NCBI GenBank assembly: GCA_964019335.1
Contig: OZ025707.1
Span: forward strand, 434,001 to 498,000
Direction: 5' to 3'
Source of the DNA: Diplonema japonicum
Taxonomy: Eukaryota; Protista; Euglenozoa: Diplonemea
DNA length: 64,000 bases
The position numbers and the translations under genes were made by a program. The notes under the pieces are model-generated. The model was not told the DNA's origin and did no database searches. It saw only the letters and a program-made list of their open reading frames with translations. Of this stretch, positions 23,384 through 34,985 are shown in pieces. Each line of letters starts with the position of its first letter. The stretch's first letter is position 1.

Positions 23384-23520
23384 TGCATTTGTTAGTGGTG
23401 GTGAAGAAGAGCAATGCACAGGGCACAGGAACCACGCCCCCTGTCAGCCTCACCGACCATAGCAGCTTGTTTATCCCTCTACAGGTTAAATCCACAACTG
23501 CTGTAATGCACAAACACAGA
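23384..23520 (+). repeat. Module A, long copy
   Basis: AAGAGCA ... ATAGCAG-TTGT-TTATCCCTCTACAGGTTAA-ACAA-CTGCTGT-AATGCACAAACA, then AGA. Confidence 0.6.
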
Positions 23521-24182
23521 TATCTGTCTAAGAAAACGAATCTTTAACTTCGTCTAAACAAGAAAAAAAGAAAAAGAAGAAAAAAAAAAAAGGGAATGGA
23601 GGGGGACGTTTGTGGACCTTTTTTTTTTTCTCTCTAGGGTCTCCCCTCTGTTCTGTTTTTTTTTTTTTTTTTTTTCTCTTTTTTTTCTCTGAAGAAAATG
23701 CTGACGAAACAACCTACTCTGCAAGGGCAAAGACGCAGACCTACCTGTACCCCCTCCTCCCCTCCCCTCCCCTCCCCCCCCCCCTTCTCGACGTGCACGG
23801 CCGAATCGATCAGTAGAAATATTTAAAAAGGGACGGGCCTGCAGTAGTAATGCTTTGCTGTTTTCACAATAAAGATTGTTTTTTTTTTTTTTTTTTTTTT
23901 TTTACTGTGCCCTCCCGCCTCTTATTATAGTTCCCCCCCTCCCCCTTTTTTTTTTGATGCGTATTTCCATTTTTTGTGAACCAGTCTGCCGATCCTTTCC
24001 AAGTTGAGAACAAAAAGAAGAGAAAAATTCTTTTTCGTTTGTTTCATCGACACAAACGGCGGGAGGTTTTTTTTCTTGGAAAAATGGTTGGGAGGAAATA
24101 AAATGAATGACCTTTTTTTTTTTTTTGTTTTTCTTTTTTGTTTGGCAAAGACCACCAAAAGGAGGAGAAACCGCTGCTGAAA

Positions 24183-24249
24183 GGGAATAGTGCAGGTGGA
24201 TGAGAACAAGGGGGAGCGGTCTCATAAAAAACTTCCATAGCCCACAATT
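24183..24249 (+). repeat. Dispersed structured module B
   Basis: GTGCAGGT-GG-ATGAGA-ACAAGGGGG-n-TCTCAT-AAAAAACTTCC...ACA; homologous to 41728-41797. Confidence 0.7.
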
Positions 24250-25153
24250 TCTTTTTTCTTTTTTTTGGAACAGACCAAAAAAAAAAAAAAAAAGAAAAAG
24301 GGAAATCCTCTTTTTGACTGTTTCTTTTTATCCGGATATTTTATTTGTCTTTTTTTTTTCTTTTTGTTCAGTCAAAAAGCGTGATTTAAATGCCAATACA
24401 AGGGTTGAGTCAAAATTTGTTTTGTTTTGGTTGAGATTTCTTCTTTTTTTTTTTCTTACGATAAACACACACCTTTTTTTTTTTTTTTTATGTGTGAAAA
24501 ACTGTGCAGAAACGTGCTCACACCAGAGCAAATATGGTTGTGCCCTACACCTTAGTAAAAAAAAAACCTAGTTTTTTTTCTTTTTTTTTTCTTCTTTTTT
24601 GTTTCTGCCTAAAGGCCGCACAAAGAAAACACAGCGTCCCGGACACAAGTATCCTCTTAATTTGGGAACGACTACAAAAAATAATTTCCCCCCCCCCAAA
24701 AAAAAAAGAAAAAACCCGCCTTTTTTTTGCTGCAGAAAAAAAAAAGGGGGTTTTTAAAATTAAGACAGCTTCATATCTCTAAAGCCCGTTTTTTTTTTTC
24801 TTCACTGGGGGGGCCTCATAATTTAACGCGAAACCGGGCCCTCGTGCAAAAAAAAAAGTACATTTTCGGGAACTCGAGTCTAAAGAACGGCTCGTTATTT
24901 TGTTGGCAATAAATAGCTGATATATATATATTTTTTTTTTTTTGACGGCGGGTCTTTAGAGATATGAAGCTAACAGTTCATTTTTTTGTCTACCCCCCCC
25001 AAAAAAAACACAAAAACAGCACACATAAAAAAAAAAAAAAAAAAACATACAAAAAACACTCCCTTCTTGCTTCTTTTCGTCTTTTTCTTCTATTCGTCAA
25101 CAACGGTATTCTTCTCGGCAGCCGACGAGGACTCCCCGTACTTGGAGCCCAAG

Positions 25154-26616
25154 ATGCAACTTAAAGAAAGGATTCAGAAGAGGCTAGAGACAAGCGGGTT
25201 CAGTGTGGCCAACCTACCGGAGTACCATGAGACGCTGTCGCAGATGATGGCGTTGATGCTTGCAGGGGGGAAGGAGAAGGATACAATCCAAGCAGAGCTT
25301 GACAAGTACTTACTGCCAGGTTCTTTTGACGCATTCTTCGAGATGGCGAAGCAGGAGTACGACACAATGGTGGAGAGCAGCTGCGACATAGAAGGTTCCG
25401 TGCTGACCATCCAGGGCACAGACGCCGATTTAAAGCCAAGTGCCACTAAAGAGATGATCGAGGCACGGCTGAGGAAGTTCGGAGCGTCAATGGCCTCCGC
25501 AATGGCCGCACAAGAGACACCTGCGAAAAACAAAAAAAAGAAGAACAAATCCAAGACCACCGCCGACGGCACCATCACCATCAAGAAGCAGTCTGACGGG
25601 AAACAGGTATTCGGCCGCAAAGCCGGCGGCCGTGGTCGGGGCATCGCCTTCATCGACAAGCAGAAGATCGAGTCCATCGTCATCACGGGGCGCGGGAGGG
25701 GGCGTGGCGTGGGGAAGTCCGACGCACTCCCGCCTACAATGTTCCAAACACAGCAGAAGACCTTCCAACGAGCCGGCGGCCGAGGGGTGCAGACCCCTGT
25801 CCCTGCACAGTCCCTCCAGATGCAGCAGGCACGCGTCGCACAGAACACCGCAAATGCCCTGCAAGTTCAGCTGCAGCAGGCGACCGAGATGAAACAACAT
25901 CTTGCTGTGCAGGAAAGGCAGAACAACGCTCAGCAGGCACAGCTGATGCAGGTTTGTGGAGGGGGAGGGGGGAGGGGGGGAAAGAAAAACACAACACCTC
26001 CCAGGCTCAGCAGCAGCTGCTTCAGCAGCAGGCGATGTTGCAGCAGCAGCATCAGCAGATGAGGCAGATCCCCCTGCAGCAACAGCAGCAGCAGCAGGCG
26101 TTGATCCAACAGCAGGCTGTGCTGCAGCAGCAGGCTGCAAAGCTCCAGGCTCAGCTGCAGCATTCTCAGTTGCAGCCAGGTGCGCAGCAGGCACAGACGC
26201 AATCACAGGCTCAGGTTCAGGCCCAGGCCCAAGCCCAAGCACAGGCTCAGGCACAGGCTCAAGTGCAAGCACAGGCCCAAGCCCAAGCACAGGCACAGGC
26301 ACAGGCTCAAGTGCAAGCACAGGTGCAGATGCAGCCCCGGGTGACCATCGGACACCAGGTGCAAGGGACTCAGGGCATACAGGGGATCCATATCCCCCAG
26401 GCGGCTTTGCAAGGGATGCAAGGAGTGCAAGGGGTGCAAGGCGTTCAGATTCCCTACCTTGCTGGCTCCCAGTTGATGGTCCCCCAACAAGGTGTGCAAG
26501 ACGCATAGCAACAAACAAACAAAACCACCTTTTCAGGCATAATGATGAGCGCCGCCGCCCCGCAGCAGATCCAGATCGGGATGCCCCAGCAGGGCAGGGT
26601 CATCCAAAGAGCATGA
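25154..26616 (+). CDS. PWI/Nab2-N-like domain protein with RG repeats and poly-Q/QA tail; exons 25154-25951, 26005-26491, 26537-26616 (5' end uncertain)
   Basis: Introns 25952-26004 and 26492-26536 restore the frame. LSQMMALMLAGGKEKDTIQAELDKYL..SFDAFF is PWI-like; GRGRG repeats; (QA)n at ~26195-26330. Confidence 0.65.
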
Positions 26617-26896
26617 GATCTTCTTTCTTCTTCAAAAAAGAAGCGTCAAAAAGAAGAGTATCTTCTTTCTTTTTTTTTTTTTTAACTATCCCAAGAGATA
26701 ACGGCGAAGAGTGTGTTTTTTTTTTTTTTTTCATTTTTCTTTCTTGGTCAAAGCCGGCAACCTTTTTTTTTTTTAAAGAAATAAGAAGCCAAAAGATATT
26801 ATTATGCCCCCCCCCATATTTTTTCTTCTCTCTTCTCCCCCCCATAAAAAAAAAGGGGGAAACCAAAAAAAAAATAAAATTATAAAATAAAAAGAA

Positions 26897-28474
26897 ATGC
26901 TTACAGACCGCGACCTGGTGTTAGAAGGCTCCCGGGAGGTGACAAAAAGAGTGAAGGCATATGTAACGCAAGGGGGCAAGCCGGGAGATGTGAATAACAT
27001 GCTTGTAGAAGGTTATGAAGGCGGTCCCGACTTGTGCACGTTGTTGGGCGTGTGGAATGAGGGGCTGGCCAAGCTGAGAGGGAAGGAGGCGAAAACGGGG
27101 AGCAGCGTCAGGCAATGCTTGAAGACAATGGTGGGACACGGGGCGCAAAATGCAGAACGGCTGAAGGGTCTGGACGATCTTGTTATGAGTGCTGTCAGCC
27201 CACCCACCTGGAACGAACTCCTGAGAGTCGACGAGGAATGGTGCAACATCTTATGCTCACTCTGGGTGGAGAAGCCAGACAGCCCTGCATTACGCTTTTT
27301 CTTAACAGGCCTCAAGAGATCCATGGCACCATCATCGCCCCTCCCGAACCCGATTCTCGCAGCAGCGTTCCCATCTGTCTTCCAAGACATGCTTCGAGGA
27401 ATTCTTATGCAGTCATCAACAGATGTTCTCCTTAAGGATGAAGCTTGGGTGTTGCAAACCTGCAATTTAGGGTATCATGCAACACTGCTTGCGGTGTTGT
27501 TTTTGGAGAACTGGAGGAAGGACAAAGCGACGGAGGGGACCGCGCATAAAGCCGACAGGTTGCTGCACGCGATTCAAAAAATGACGGTCGAGACAAGGCC
27601 AAACCAACTCTCCGCCGCCTTCCCATTCTCCTCGAAGGCCCTCCGCACCATCCTTCACGAAGAGTCTCTCTGCGGTGCCGACGCGGTCAAGATCAAACGT
27701 GAGACCGACCTCACACAGTTCAAGCACCCCGTCCTTCTCCTTCGAATGGTTTCAGAAGCACTTGCATCAGAGAAATGGGTCGACATCCTCATAGACATAA
27801 CCAACGCAGACAGGGAAGCCGTTAATGAAGTCCTCTCTGCGTATAAGAAAGCCGAGAAAGTTGCGAATGAAAACTTCCTTCTTGAAGACGTGCTGTCAGA
27901 TGTAACACATGAAGTGGTGGAGAGCAGCAAGAGGAGTGGTGTCGCTGCTTTGCTTGCCGTGGTCGGGTTTGGGAACGTGTTGAAGACAGTTGTGGAATCC
28001 CTCTCCGATGAGGTGTCTATCAAAGTTATTCGCTTGGTCCTTAAGGTTCTTCTCGGGGTTGTGGTGGGAAATCGTCCTGCGCTTGGTCCGCTGCTCTCGG
28101 AACGCATTCATGAGGTGTGCTTGTCGAGTCATACTTCTGATCCTGTTACGGAGCAGGCGTTTTTTTATCTTGCTAGTGCGTTTTTTATCGCAGCTGCTTC
28201 GTCGCCTTCTCCTCTGCCGGCGCTCCACCTTCTTGCGGTGTCCGACCTTTCTCCCCAGAACCGTACCGTGCTCCACTTCACCTTGGCTATGATATTCGTG
28301 TACCTCCCGCCGCCATACTCCCCCGAGGCGGCCGACGTCGTGAGGTCCCTCGTTGCCACCCCTGCGAGCAAGGAGGCACAGCGAACCTCTTTGCCCGTGC
28401 TGACACCGTTCATACCAAAACATATCAGACTGGACCCGGCTGCGTTCAAAGAATTCCTGAAGTCCCACGGGTGA
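26897..28474 (+). CDS. NELFCD: Negative elongation factor C/D (TH1)-like protein
   Basis: YVTQGGKPGDVNNMLVEGYEG..DL..LL..W, PPTW..LL..EEW...L..L....PDSPALRF and C-terminal HF.....LPPPYSPE match recalled TH1 motifs (GGSPENVIQLLSENY; PAWL..MI...WR.L.Y.L....PD..ML.F; APPYTSDF) in the same order. Confidence 0.75.
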   Translation: MLTDRDLVLEGSREVTKRVKAYVTQGGKPGDVNNMLVEGYEGGPDLCTLLGVWNEGLAKLRGKEAKTGSSVRQCLKTMVGHGAQNAERLKGLDDLVMSAVSPPTWNELLRVDEEWCNILCSLWVEKPDSPALRFFLTGLKRSMAPSSPLPNPILAAAFPSVFQDMLRGILMQSSTDVLLKDEAWVLQTCNLGYHATLLAVLFLENWRKDKATEGTAHKADRLLHAIQKMTVETRPNQLSAAFPFSSKALRTILHEESLCGADAVKIKRETDLTQFKHPVLLLRMVSEALASEKWVDILIDITNADREAVNEVLSAYKKAEKVANENFLLEDVLSDVTHEVVESSKRSGVAALLAVVGFGNVLKTVVESLSDEVSIKVIRLVLKVLLGVVVGNRPALGPLLSERIHEVCLSSHTSDPVTEQAFFYLASAFFIAAASSPSPLPALHLLAVSDLSPQNRTVLHFTLAMIFVYLPPPYSPEAADVVRSLVATPASKEAQRTSLPVLTPFIPKHIRLDPAAFKEFLKSHG

Positions 28475-28611
28475 TGACACCAGGGGAAACGAGAAATAAA
28501 AAAAAGAAGAAACAACATTTGATTTTTTTTTTTCTTTTTTTTTTTTGCCGCCCAGTCAGGTGTAAAATCCCAAAAAGAATCCAGAACTCCGACACAAAAA
28601 AAAGAAAAGAA

Positions 28612-30705
28612 ATGTTCGGTAAGATGGGCGACATGATGCGGGGTGTGGTGAGCACGCCCAAGCGGAAGAAGTCTATAGCAGGGAAGAACGGGTCCCCGGG
28701 GTCGCCGGACGCCTTCAAGTTCGAGGTGATGGAGAACGCGATGCAGGAGAAGCTGAAGATGGGCGTGAAGTACAACATGAAGGTACTGATAAAAGGCGAG
28801 AGAGGCGCGGGGAAGAGCAGCCTGCTGAAGAGGCTGCAGGGAAAGCCCTTCGAAGCGGAGTACACAAAAACACCGCAGATCCAAGCAGCCACCATACACT
28901 GGCACGCGAGCACAAAAGAAGAAGCCGTGAAGGTCGAAGTCTGGGAAGTCATCGACGAAGGTTTCAGAACGCAAGCAATGCAAGACCAATGCAAAAAGCT
29001 ACAAGGCCAAGCTGGACTGCTTGACGCGATTCCCATATCAGATGCCACCAACATCGATGTCTATCGGGATGCGCACTGTGTTATGTTTGTCTTGGATGCC
29101 ACAAACCCCGATGCCCTTAACTACCTCAAAACAGAGCTGCCGAAGATACCGAAGTCCATCTGCGTGCTCGTCCTTCGCAGCAAGTGCGATCTCGACGGTG
29201 TCGTCATCACAGAGGAGCACATCCACAAGGTTGTTGCAACACACAAGCCCGTCTCCACACCATTTCTTCTCAACATCTCCCACAACAAGATCGACTCTGC
29301 GTTCTGTGTTGCCCCGCAGGTCGTCTCGACCTCGATGCTGAACTGTTACGGACTTAAGCAGTTGTACTCTTATCTTAATGTCCCGTTTGAGTTCCTCAGA
29401 ACCATCACCATTGAGGCACAGCTTCGAAAGGTCTGGGAAGGCATTGCATTGGTACAAGCCGGGATCACAGAGGAAGCTTCGGAATCATACTCTGATTACT
29501 GCCTGTGGCTGGAGAGCACTTCGCAGAGCAAGCAAGATGTTGTTGAGGACATTGAGGTGACGGAGTCCGAGGTGAGCGAGCCGGTGCAGCCACAGCAGCA
29601 GCAGCTCCAATCACCCCCCATGATCGAGGGGAAGAAGGAGAAGAAAAAAGGCTTCAAAGCACGCTTTCTCGGTGGGAAACGGAAAGACTCGTCACCATCC
29701 TCGAAGTCGGACAAAGACGCAAAAGAAACCCTCAAAACAGAAACCCCTCAACAAGACGCCCCACCACTCGACTTCACAGGCGGGAAGCAAGAAACGGACC
29801 TTGACGGTCTGGACGGCTTCTTTGGCGACCTCAGCGATGACGACAAAGCGGAAGACGCGAACAGGGTAGCATCTGATATCGATTCTGACGATTTGACAGC
29901 AGGGCAGCTTGCATGGCGCAACGCGAACACAACTACCGCCCAGCGGACGCGTAAACGGAACCCCTCACCGTCCTCAGAAGAGGAAGAACAAGAAGAAGAA
30001 CAAGAAAAACCCACACCTGATCCCGAACCCGAACCTGAACCCGTACCCATCGTCAAGAAGGAGACGGAGGAAGAACGCGCGGAGCGAAAAGCCGCCAAGA
30101 AAGAAGCGAAGAAACGGGCCGCCGAGGAAAAACGGCAAGAAGACGCTGCGAAGAGGGAAAAAGAAGCACGGGAAAGACGGGAGTGGAAAGAGAGGGAGGA
30201 AAGAGAGAAAAGAGAACGCGAGGAAGAGGAACAGAAGAAAAACCAAGAGCTAGCTGACGCGGCCATCGACATGGGCATGCCCGAGGATGATGGGTTTTTC
30301 AGTGAAGAGGAAGAAGAAGCCAAAGAACAAAAGGAAATACCTGCAAGTGAAGCGGTGCCTGAAGAGGAAGAGGAAGAAGAAGAAGTAGAACAAACACAAC
30401 AAACAATATCCGAGCCCCCACAAGAGGCCCCGCAAGAGGCCACTCCAGCACCCCAGGGGGCAGAAGCCGTATCCGCCCAAGCGCTTGAAGCCCTAGCCCT
30501 TGCCATGTCATCCATGCAGCAGGACGTTCAGGAAGCCGAGCCCCTCCCCAAGGAGAAGAAGGAAAAGAAACCGAAAAAGGATCGGAGCGAGAGAGACAGG
30601 GAGAAGAAGGAGAAGAGACGCCGGAGAGACGACGGCCCTTCAGGCGAGAAAAAAGAACGAAGAAGGCGGCGCAGAGAAGAAGAGGCATCCAACGAAGGGG
30701 AGTGA
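28612..30705 (+). CDS. RABL6: Rab-like protein 6 (RABL6/PARF) GTPase with a long charged C-terminus
   Basis: GVKYNMKVLIKGERGAGKSSL.KRLQG.PF..EY..T.QIQ.A.I.W...VKVEVW; ID.YR...CV; SM.NCYGLK.L..YLNVPF. Confidence 0.9.
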   Translation: MFGKMGDMMRGVVSTPKRKKSIAGKNGSPGSPDAFKFEVMENAMQEKLKMGVKYNMKVLIKGERGAGKSSLLKRLQGKPFEAEYTKTPQIQAATIHWHASTKEEAVKVEVWEVIDEGFRTQAMQDQCKKLQGQAGLLDAIPISDATNIDVYRDAHCVMFVLDATNPDALNYLKTELPKIPKSICVLVLRSKCDLDGVVITEEHIHKVVATHKPVSTPFLLNISHNKIDSAFCVAPQVVSTSMLNCYGLKQLYSYLNVPFEFLRTITIEAQLRKVWEGIALVQAGITEEASESYSDYCLWLESTSQSKQDVVEDIEVTESEVSEPVQPQQQQLQSPPMIEGKKEKKKGFKARFLGGKRKDSSPSSKSDKDAKETLKTETPQQDAPPLDFTGGKQETDLDGLDGFFGDLSDDDKAEDANRVASDIDSDDLTAGQLAWRNANTTTAQRTRKRNPSPSSEEEEQEEEQEKPTPDPEPEPEPVPIVKKETEEERAERKAAKKEAKKRAAEEKRQEDAAKREKEARERREWKEREEREKREREEEEQKKNQELADAAIDMGMPEDDGFFSEEEEEAKEQKEIPASEAVPEEEEEEEEVEQTQQTISEPPQEAPQEATPAPQGAEAVSAQALEALALAMSSMQQDVQEAEPLPKEKKEKKPKKDRSERDREKKEKRRRRDDGPSGEKKERRRRRREEEASNEGE

Positions 30706-31057
30706 AAAAAAAAAAATGTTTCAAAAAAAGAAAGTGTCGGACACGCCCCTGTTTTTTTTTTTTTTTTTTCCATCTGATTTTGTGTCCCAAAACCTTTTTG
30801 TTTTGTCCCCCCTCCCCCCACGGGAAAAAAACAAACTATACGGTGCTGCTTCTTGCAGTGATTCCCCCCCCCCCCCCCCCCCCCAGTGAAAGAAAAAAAC
30901 GTTTCTTTTTTTCTGGGGGGGTGAGAATGACGAAAAAAGCAAATTTTCTTTCTTTTTATGGTCTCGAACAAAGTGATTTTCTAGGCCTTTTTTTTTTTTC
31001 TCCTCCTCCCCACATCCACTTGTTTTTTATTAAATCTTTTTTTTTTTCAATCCCCGC

Positions 31058-31088
<31 letters not shown>

Positions 31089-31185
31089 AGAGAGAAAAAA
31101 GAAAAAAAGAAATACAAATTTCCCACAGGGGGTTTTGAAAGGGAAAAAAAAAAAAGAAAAAAAAAAAGAAAGTGACAACCACAAA

Positions 31186-32810
31186 ATGAGTGGAGTGCCT
31201 GATGTAGGCGACAAGCGGAAGGGCATTGATGATGAAGAGGAGCTGACTATCAGGGAGAGATTAGACGACTGCTACTGCCTGCTGGGTCAGCTGGTAGTAC
31301 AAGGGATGGACCTTTACGCAGGTAACGGTTGTGTGAGCACAGAGGAACTCATCTTAGTAGCCAGGCTTATGACCCTCAGGAATGTGGGGTATCTACCCCC
31401 CGTTGCCGAGATGTACAGGTCCTTCTCTTTAGACGAAACGCAGCAGCGTATTGACCGTTATAACAGTCATCCAGGACGGGTGGAGTATCCACCCACAAAG
31501 GTGAGCGCTCAGGAAGAAGAGGATGACAGCGAAGAAGCACCGCTGATAAAAGAAAGACCTGCTGCGAAAAAGCCCGCGGCGAAAATATCCAAAACAAAAG
31601 ACGCCCACCAAGAAGAGGACAAGCAGTGGACGGTGAGCTCCGCAGTGGAAAGAATCCCGTTCCAAAACAAGGAGGTCAGGCATCTGACGCTTCCGGAGCT
31701 GAGGGTTTGGCAATTTTCTTTTTTTTTTTTTTTTTTTTTTTTTTCCCCAAAAAAAAAAGAAAAATAAAAAAAAAAAGGGTTGGTTCCAAAACGAAGGTCT
31801 CCAAATGAACTGTGGAATCCGCAGGGCAAGGAAAATCCTGGAAACCCACTGGGTATGTTTTTTTTTTTTTTTTTTCAACAAAAAAAAAAAGAAAAATCGT
31901 ACAGAGAAGCAAGCACAGAGAACACTTGGAAAAGGACATCTACGCAAGGGTATCAAAATCATGGGTGGACAGAAGCGGAGTGGGGGTTAGCTCCATCCGC
32001 CCGGTGGCGAAGGACGTGGTAGTGGACAAAGTTCCAAGCTTCATGATGCACAGGCTAGGGTACCATTTTGAAAACAACGAGACGCTGCCCACGCTAGACG
32101 TCCCAGCAGAAGACCTAAAGTACTTGCCCCGCGAGGTGGACGAATACCTTCGGTCAATGCAGTGTGTGGACTACACACAAGATGCCGACGGGGTCATGCA
32201 CCTAGCAATGCTTGGACCCAACACCTTTGCAGGGCTTAGCCAATGGGTCAACGCTGCAGTAAAAGGAAAAGCGAACTCCACATTTGGAGCTGGCGATCCT
32301 GATGACATCACCTACAACCACAAGATACAAACTGTAGTCGAATGCGCTCTAGGAGAGGAGTTCACGGTGGATTACAATGGACTCTTTGACAAGAAATGTT
32401 TAGAACAGATAACCGGATACAAGGAGAAGTCACGGCAGTTCCAGAAGAACCCCTCTGGCAACGACGGGTCCACTTCGGACGTGAGGCTTGCTAACCTCCC
32501 CACACATCTCAAACACCTCGAAGGGACGTTTTACATATGCGGATGCTTCAACAACTACCCCCTCTTCCGTAAAAAAGGTACTGTGTTGCCTATGCCGATC
32601 TGGATCGCTTTTCAGGATAATCGGTGGACTTTTTACACCAACCATCTCTTCACCCACGATTGCATTGCGCTCATGGCGTCTAAGGCGGGGAAGGCCTACC
32701 CCAGCGACGTGGAAGGGTGGAGCATGATAGAGACCGTCACCAAGAGAACGGCCAAGCGCCGCAAGAAACAGGACGAGGTCATCAAGCTGAAGTTCACCAT
32801 TGTGAAATAG
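31186..32810 (+). CDS. Hypothetical protein; exons 31186-31704, 31778-31852, 31905-32810
   Basis: Introns 31705-31777 and 31853-31904 link three ORF pieces in frame; basic NLS-like motif near the C-terminus. Confidence 0.75.
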
Positions 32811-32824
32811 TAAAAAGGAAAGTT

Positions 32825-32863
<39 letters not shown>

Positions 32864-33131
32864 AAGGTTTTTTTTTTTTTTTCTTCTTCTTTTTTTTTTT
32901 TCGGTAGTAGTGTTTCAGACGACGAGAAAGTGTTGTAATTTCATTTTTTTTTTCTCGAGTTTTTTTTTTTTTTTTCTTGGTGGAAAACGGTTTTTTGCAC
33001 AAACAGTCAGCCCGACTCTTTTCCCCCGTTTCCGGAGCATGTCGTGCGTCCTGACACGGTGTCCCCCTCTTTTTTGTTGTTGTTCCCAATGGTTTTCCCA
33101 TAGGGTGGGGGGGGAGGGAAGAAAAAAAAAA

Positions 33132-33166
33132 GCTGTAAAGCCAGCTTATCAGCTGGGGTTTGTAGC
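33132..33166. other. Near-perfect intergenic hairpin
   Basis: GCTGTAAA-G-CCAGCT-TATC-AGCTGG-GG-TTTGTAGC. Confidence 0.5.
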
Positions 33167-33299
33167 GCTCAGCCTGTTGGTAAAGCCTTGTAGTCATACG
33201 TTTGTGTTTAACCCCCCCCCCCACCGTTTTTTTTACCTTTTCTAAAAAAAGAAGAAAGGACCTTTTTCGAAACACACCCCACACCGCATCATAGGAGGT

Positions 33300-34759
33300 A
33301 TGGTAGCAGAGGCGCCGCCCTCTGAGGGCTCCTCAATCGATGCACCTGGAATGCCGCTTTTCGAGCCGTCTCACGATGCAGACGCGAAGCGGCTACTAGA
33401 CGAGCAGTTGAAGAGTTTGATGTGGGAGGGCGAGACGTCCTTCAGCTGGGTTGCAAACGAGTCCTTCTGGATTAACTTCGTGAGCCAAGCACAGCTCTCC
33501 CCCGAGGCCTCCAAGCAGCCCCTGTTCAAGGTCAAGGCTTCACACAACGGGTCCGTGCAACTGGTCAACCAAACATGGTTGAAGTCCTTCGTGGGCGCCT
33601 GGGAAAGATCCCACCCACATGTAGTGACGGTCACGGTGCCCGGTGGGAGCAAGAAATTCCACGCGTCAAAAGATTTTTGGAGTAGAGTGTTGCAACTGAA
33701 ACCGACCACCGACGGTACTGTGAAGGCAACGTCCAGCCTTGAGCCCGGTCTTGTGATTTCAACCACGACAGAGGGTTGGAAGGATCTTGTGACGCAGTGG
33801 GAGGTCGACAATAAGTGCACCGCGGAGCACCGCTACGAAGCGTTGCTAAACAGGGAAAAGGAGGTCGTCGAGCAGAAAGCAAGCCACAAAATAGAGGCCA
33901 CGGTGTCCCCCCAACCGCAGGCCCAGTCTATAGCGTCTCCCACCCACACTATCCTCACCACCGCTTGTCATAAGTGCGACGAGCTGGCCTCCCGCGTGAA
34001 GTCGCTCGAGGAAATCCTCGCTTCAGCTCCCTCCACCGCTTCATCCCCGAGATTCTCGCCCTCGTTAAAAAGCGTTTCTCAGCAGCGGTCTTTGCCGTCA
34101 CCGTCTCAGAAAAGCCCTTTAAAGCGACGGGTTGTTGCGTTGAAAAACATATCCGTGCCCAAGCACGAGACAGCAGTTGTGAAAGGACAACACGGCATGG
34201 TGACGGGAAACGGCAATAATGACATGCTGGTTGTGAGGTGGGACAGGAGGGAGGATGGGAAGACCTCGCGGGTCTCCGTTGAAGAAAAATGGGTGCGGAC
34301 GGTGAACAGCGGGAGGTTGTATGAAGAAGCATCAGGGCCGTTGCTCGACCTGTACGAGCAGTACTCAACCGCGGACGTGATGCCGCTGAAGAAGTTCACC
34401 TCTCTCCTCACCTCGAAGGGTATCCTGACCCCTGCAGAGTGCCACGATGTGTACCTTCAGCTTGTCGGTGTGACCCGTAATGATGGCCTCACTTACGACG
34501 GGTTCAAGTACCATGCCTTGCCACGTGTTTCTGCCCTTACTGAAAGGCGTCATCTAGTCGCTACTCTATTGGGCATACCTATGTACTGCTCGGCGTCTGT
34601 GAGGAGGGGCGGGGCTGAAGGTGCGAAAGACGGTGTTCCAGGTATGGGGGGAAAAAAAAAGAAAATGGAAAAAGAAAAGAAATGTTTCATCCTTCCCCCC
34701 TTCCGCCAGGTGAATATGAACCATATCAATCTTGGCTGAACCAAGGGATAACGGAGTAG
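33300..34759 (+). CDS. Protein with an SH3-like barrel and a C-terminal p25-alpha/TPPP-like domain; exons 33300-34641 and 34710-34759
   Basis: Intron 34642-34709. LYEQYS....MPLKKFTSLL....LT...CHDVY.......LTYDGF...ALPRVS resembles the p25-alpha fold; VVALKNI...VVKGQHGMVTG...LVVRWDRREDG is barrel-like. Confidence 0.6.
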
Positions 34760-34985
34760 AAAGTTGATGGAATTTTTTGATGAGAAAAAGAAGGAAAACA
34801 ATAAAAAGAGAGAGAAAAAAAAAAGGGGAAAAAAAATAATAAGAAAAAGCCGAGGTAGTGGTACGTGTTGTTTGGGGGGGGGGGGGGGGGGCTTTTGTTC
34901 CTTTGTTTCACAGGTTAATCGACTCTATTTTCCTTTTTTTTTTTATTTTGCTTGAACAAGAAAAAACAATAATATTGATAATGAA

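Noticed and set aside
23689-23712. CTGAAGA...GAAAC as a hammerhead ribozyme core
   Set aside because: No stem II pairing between the motifs and no stems I/III around a cleavage triplet.
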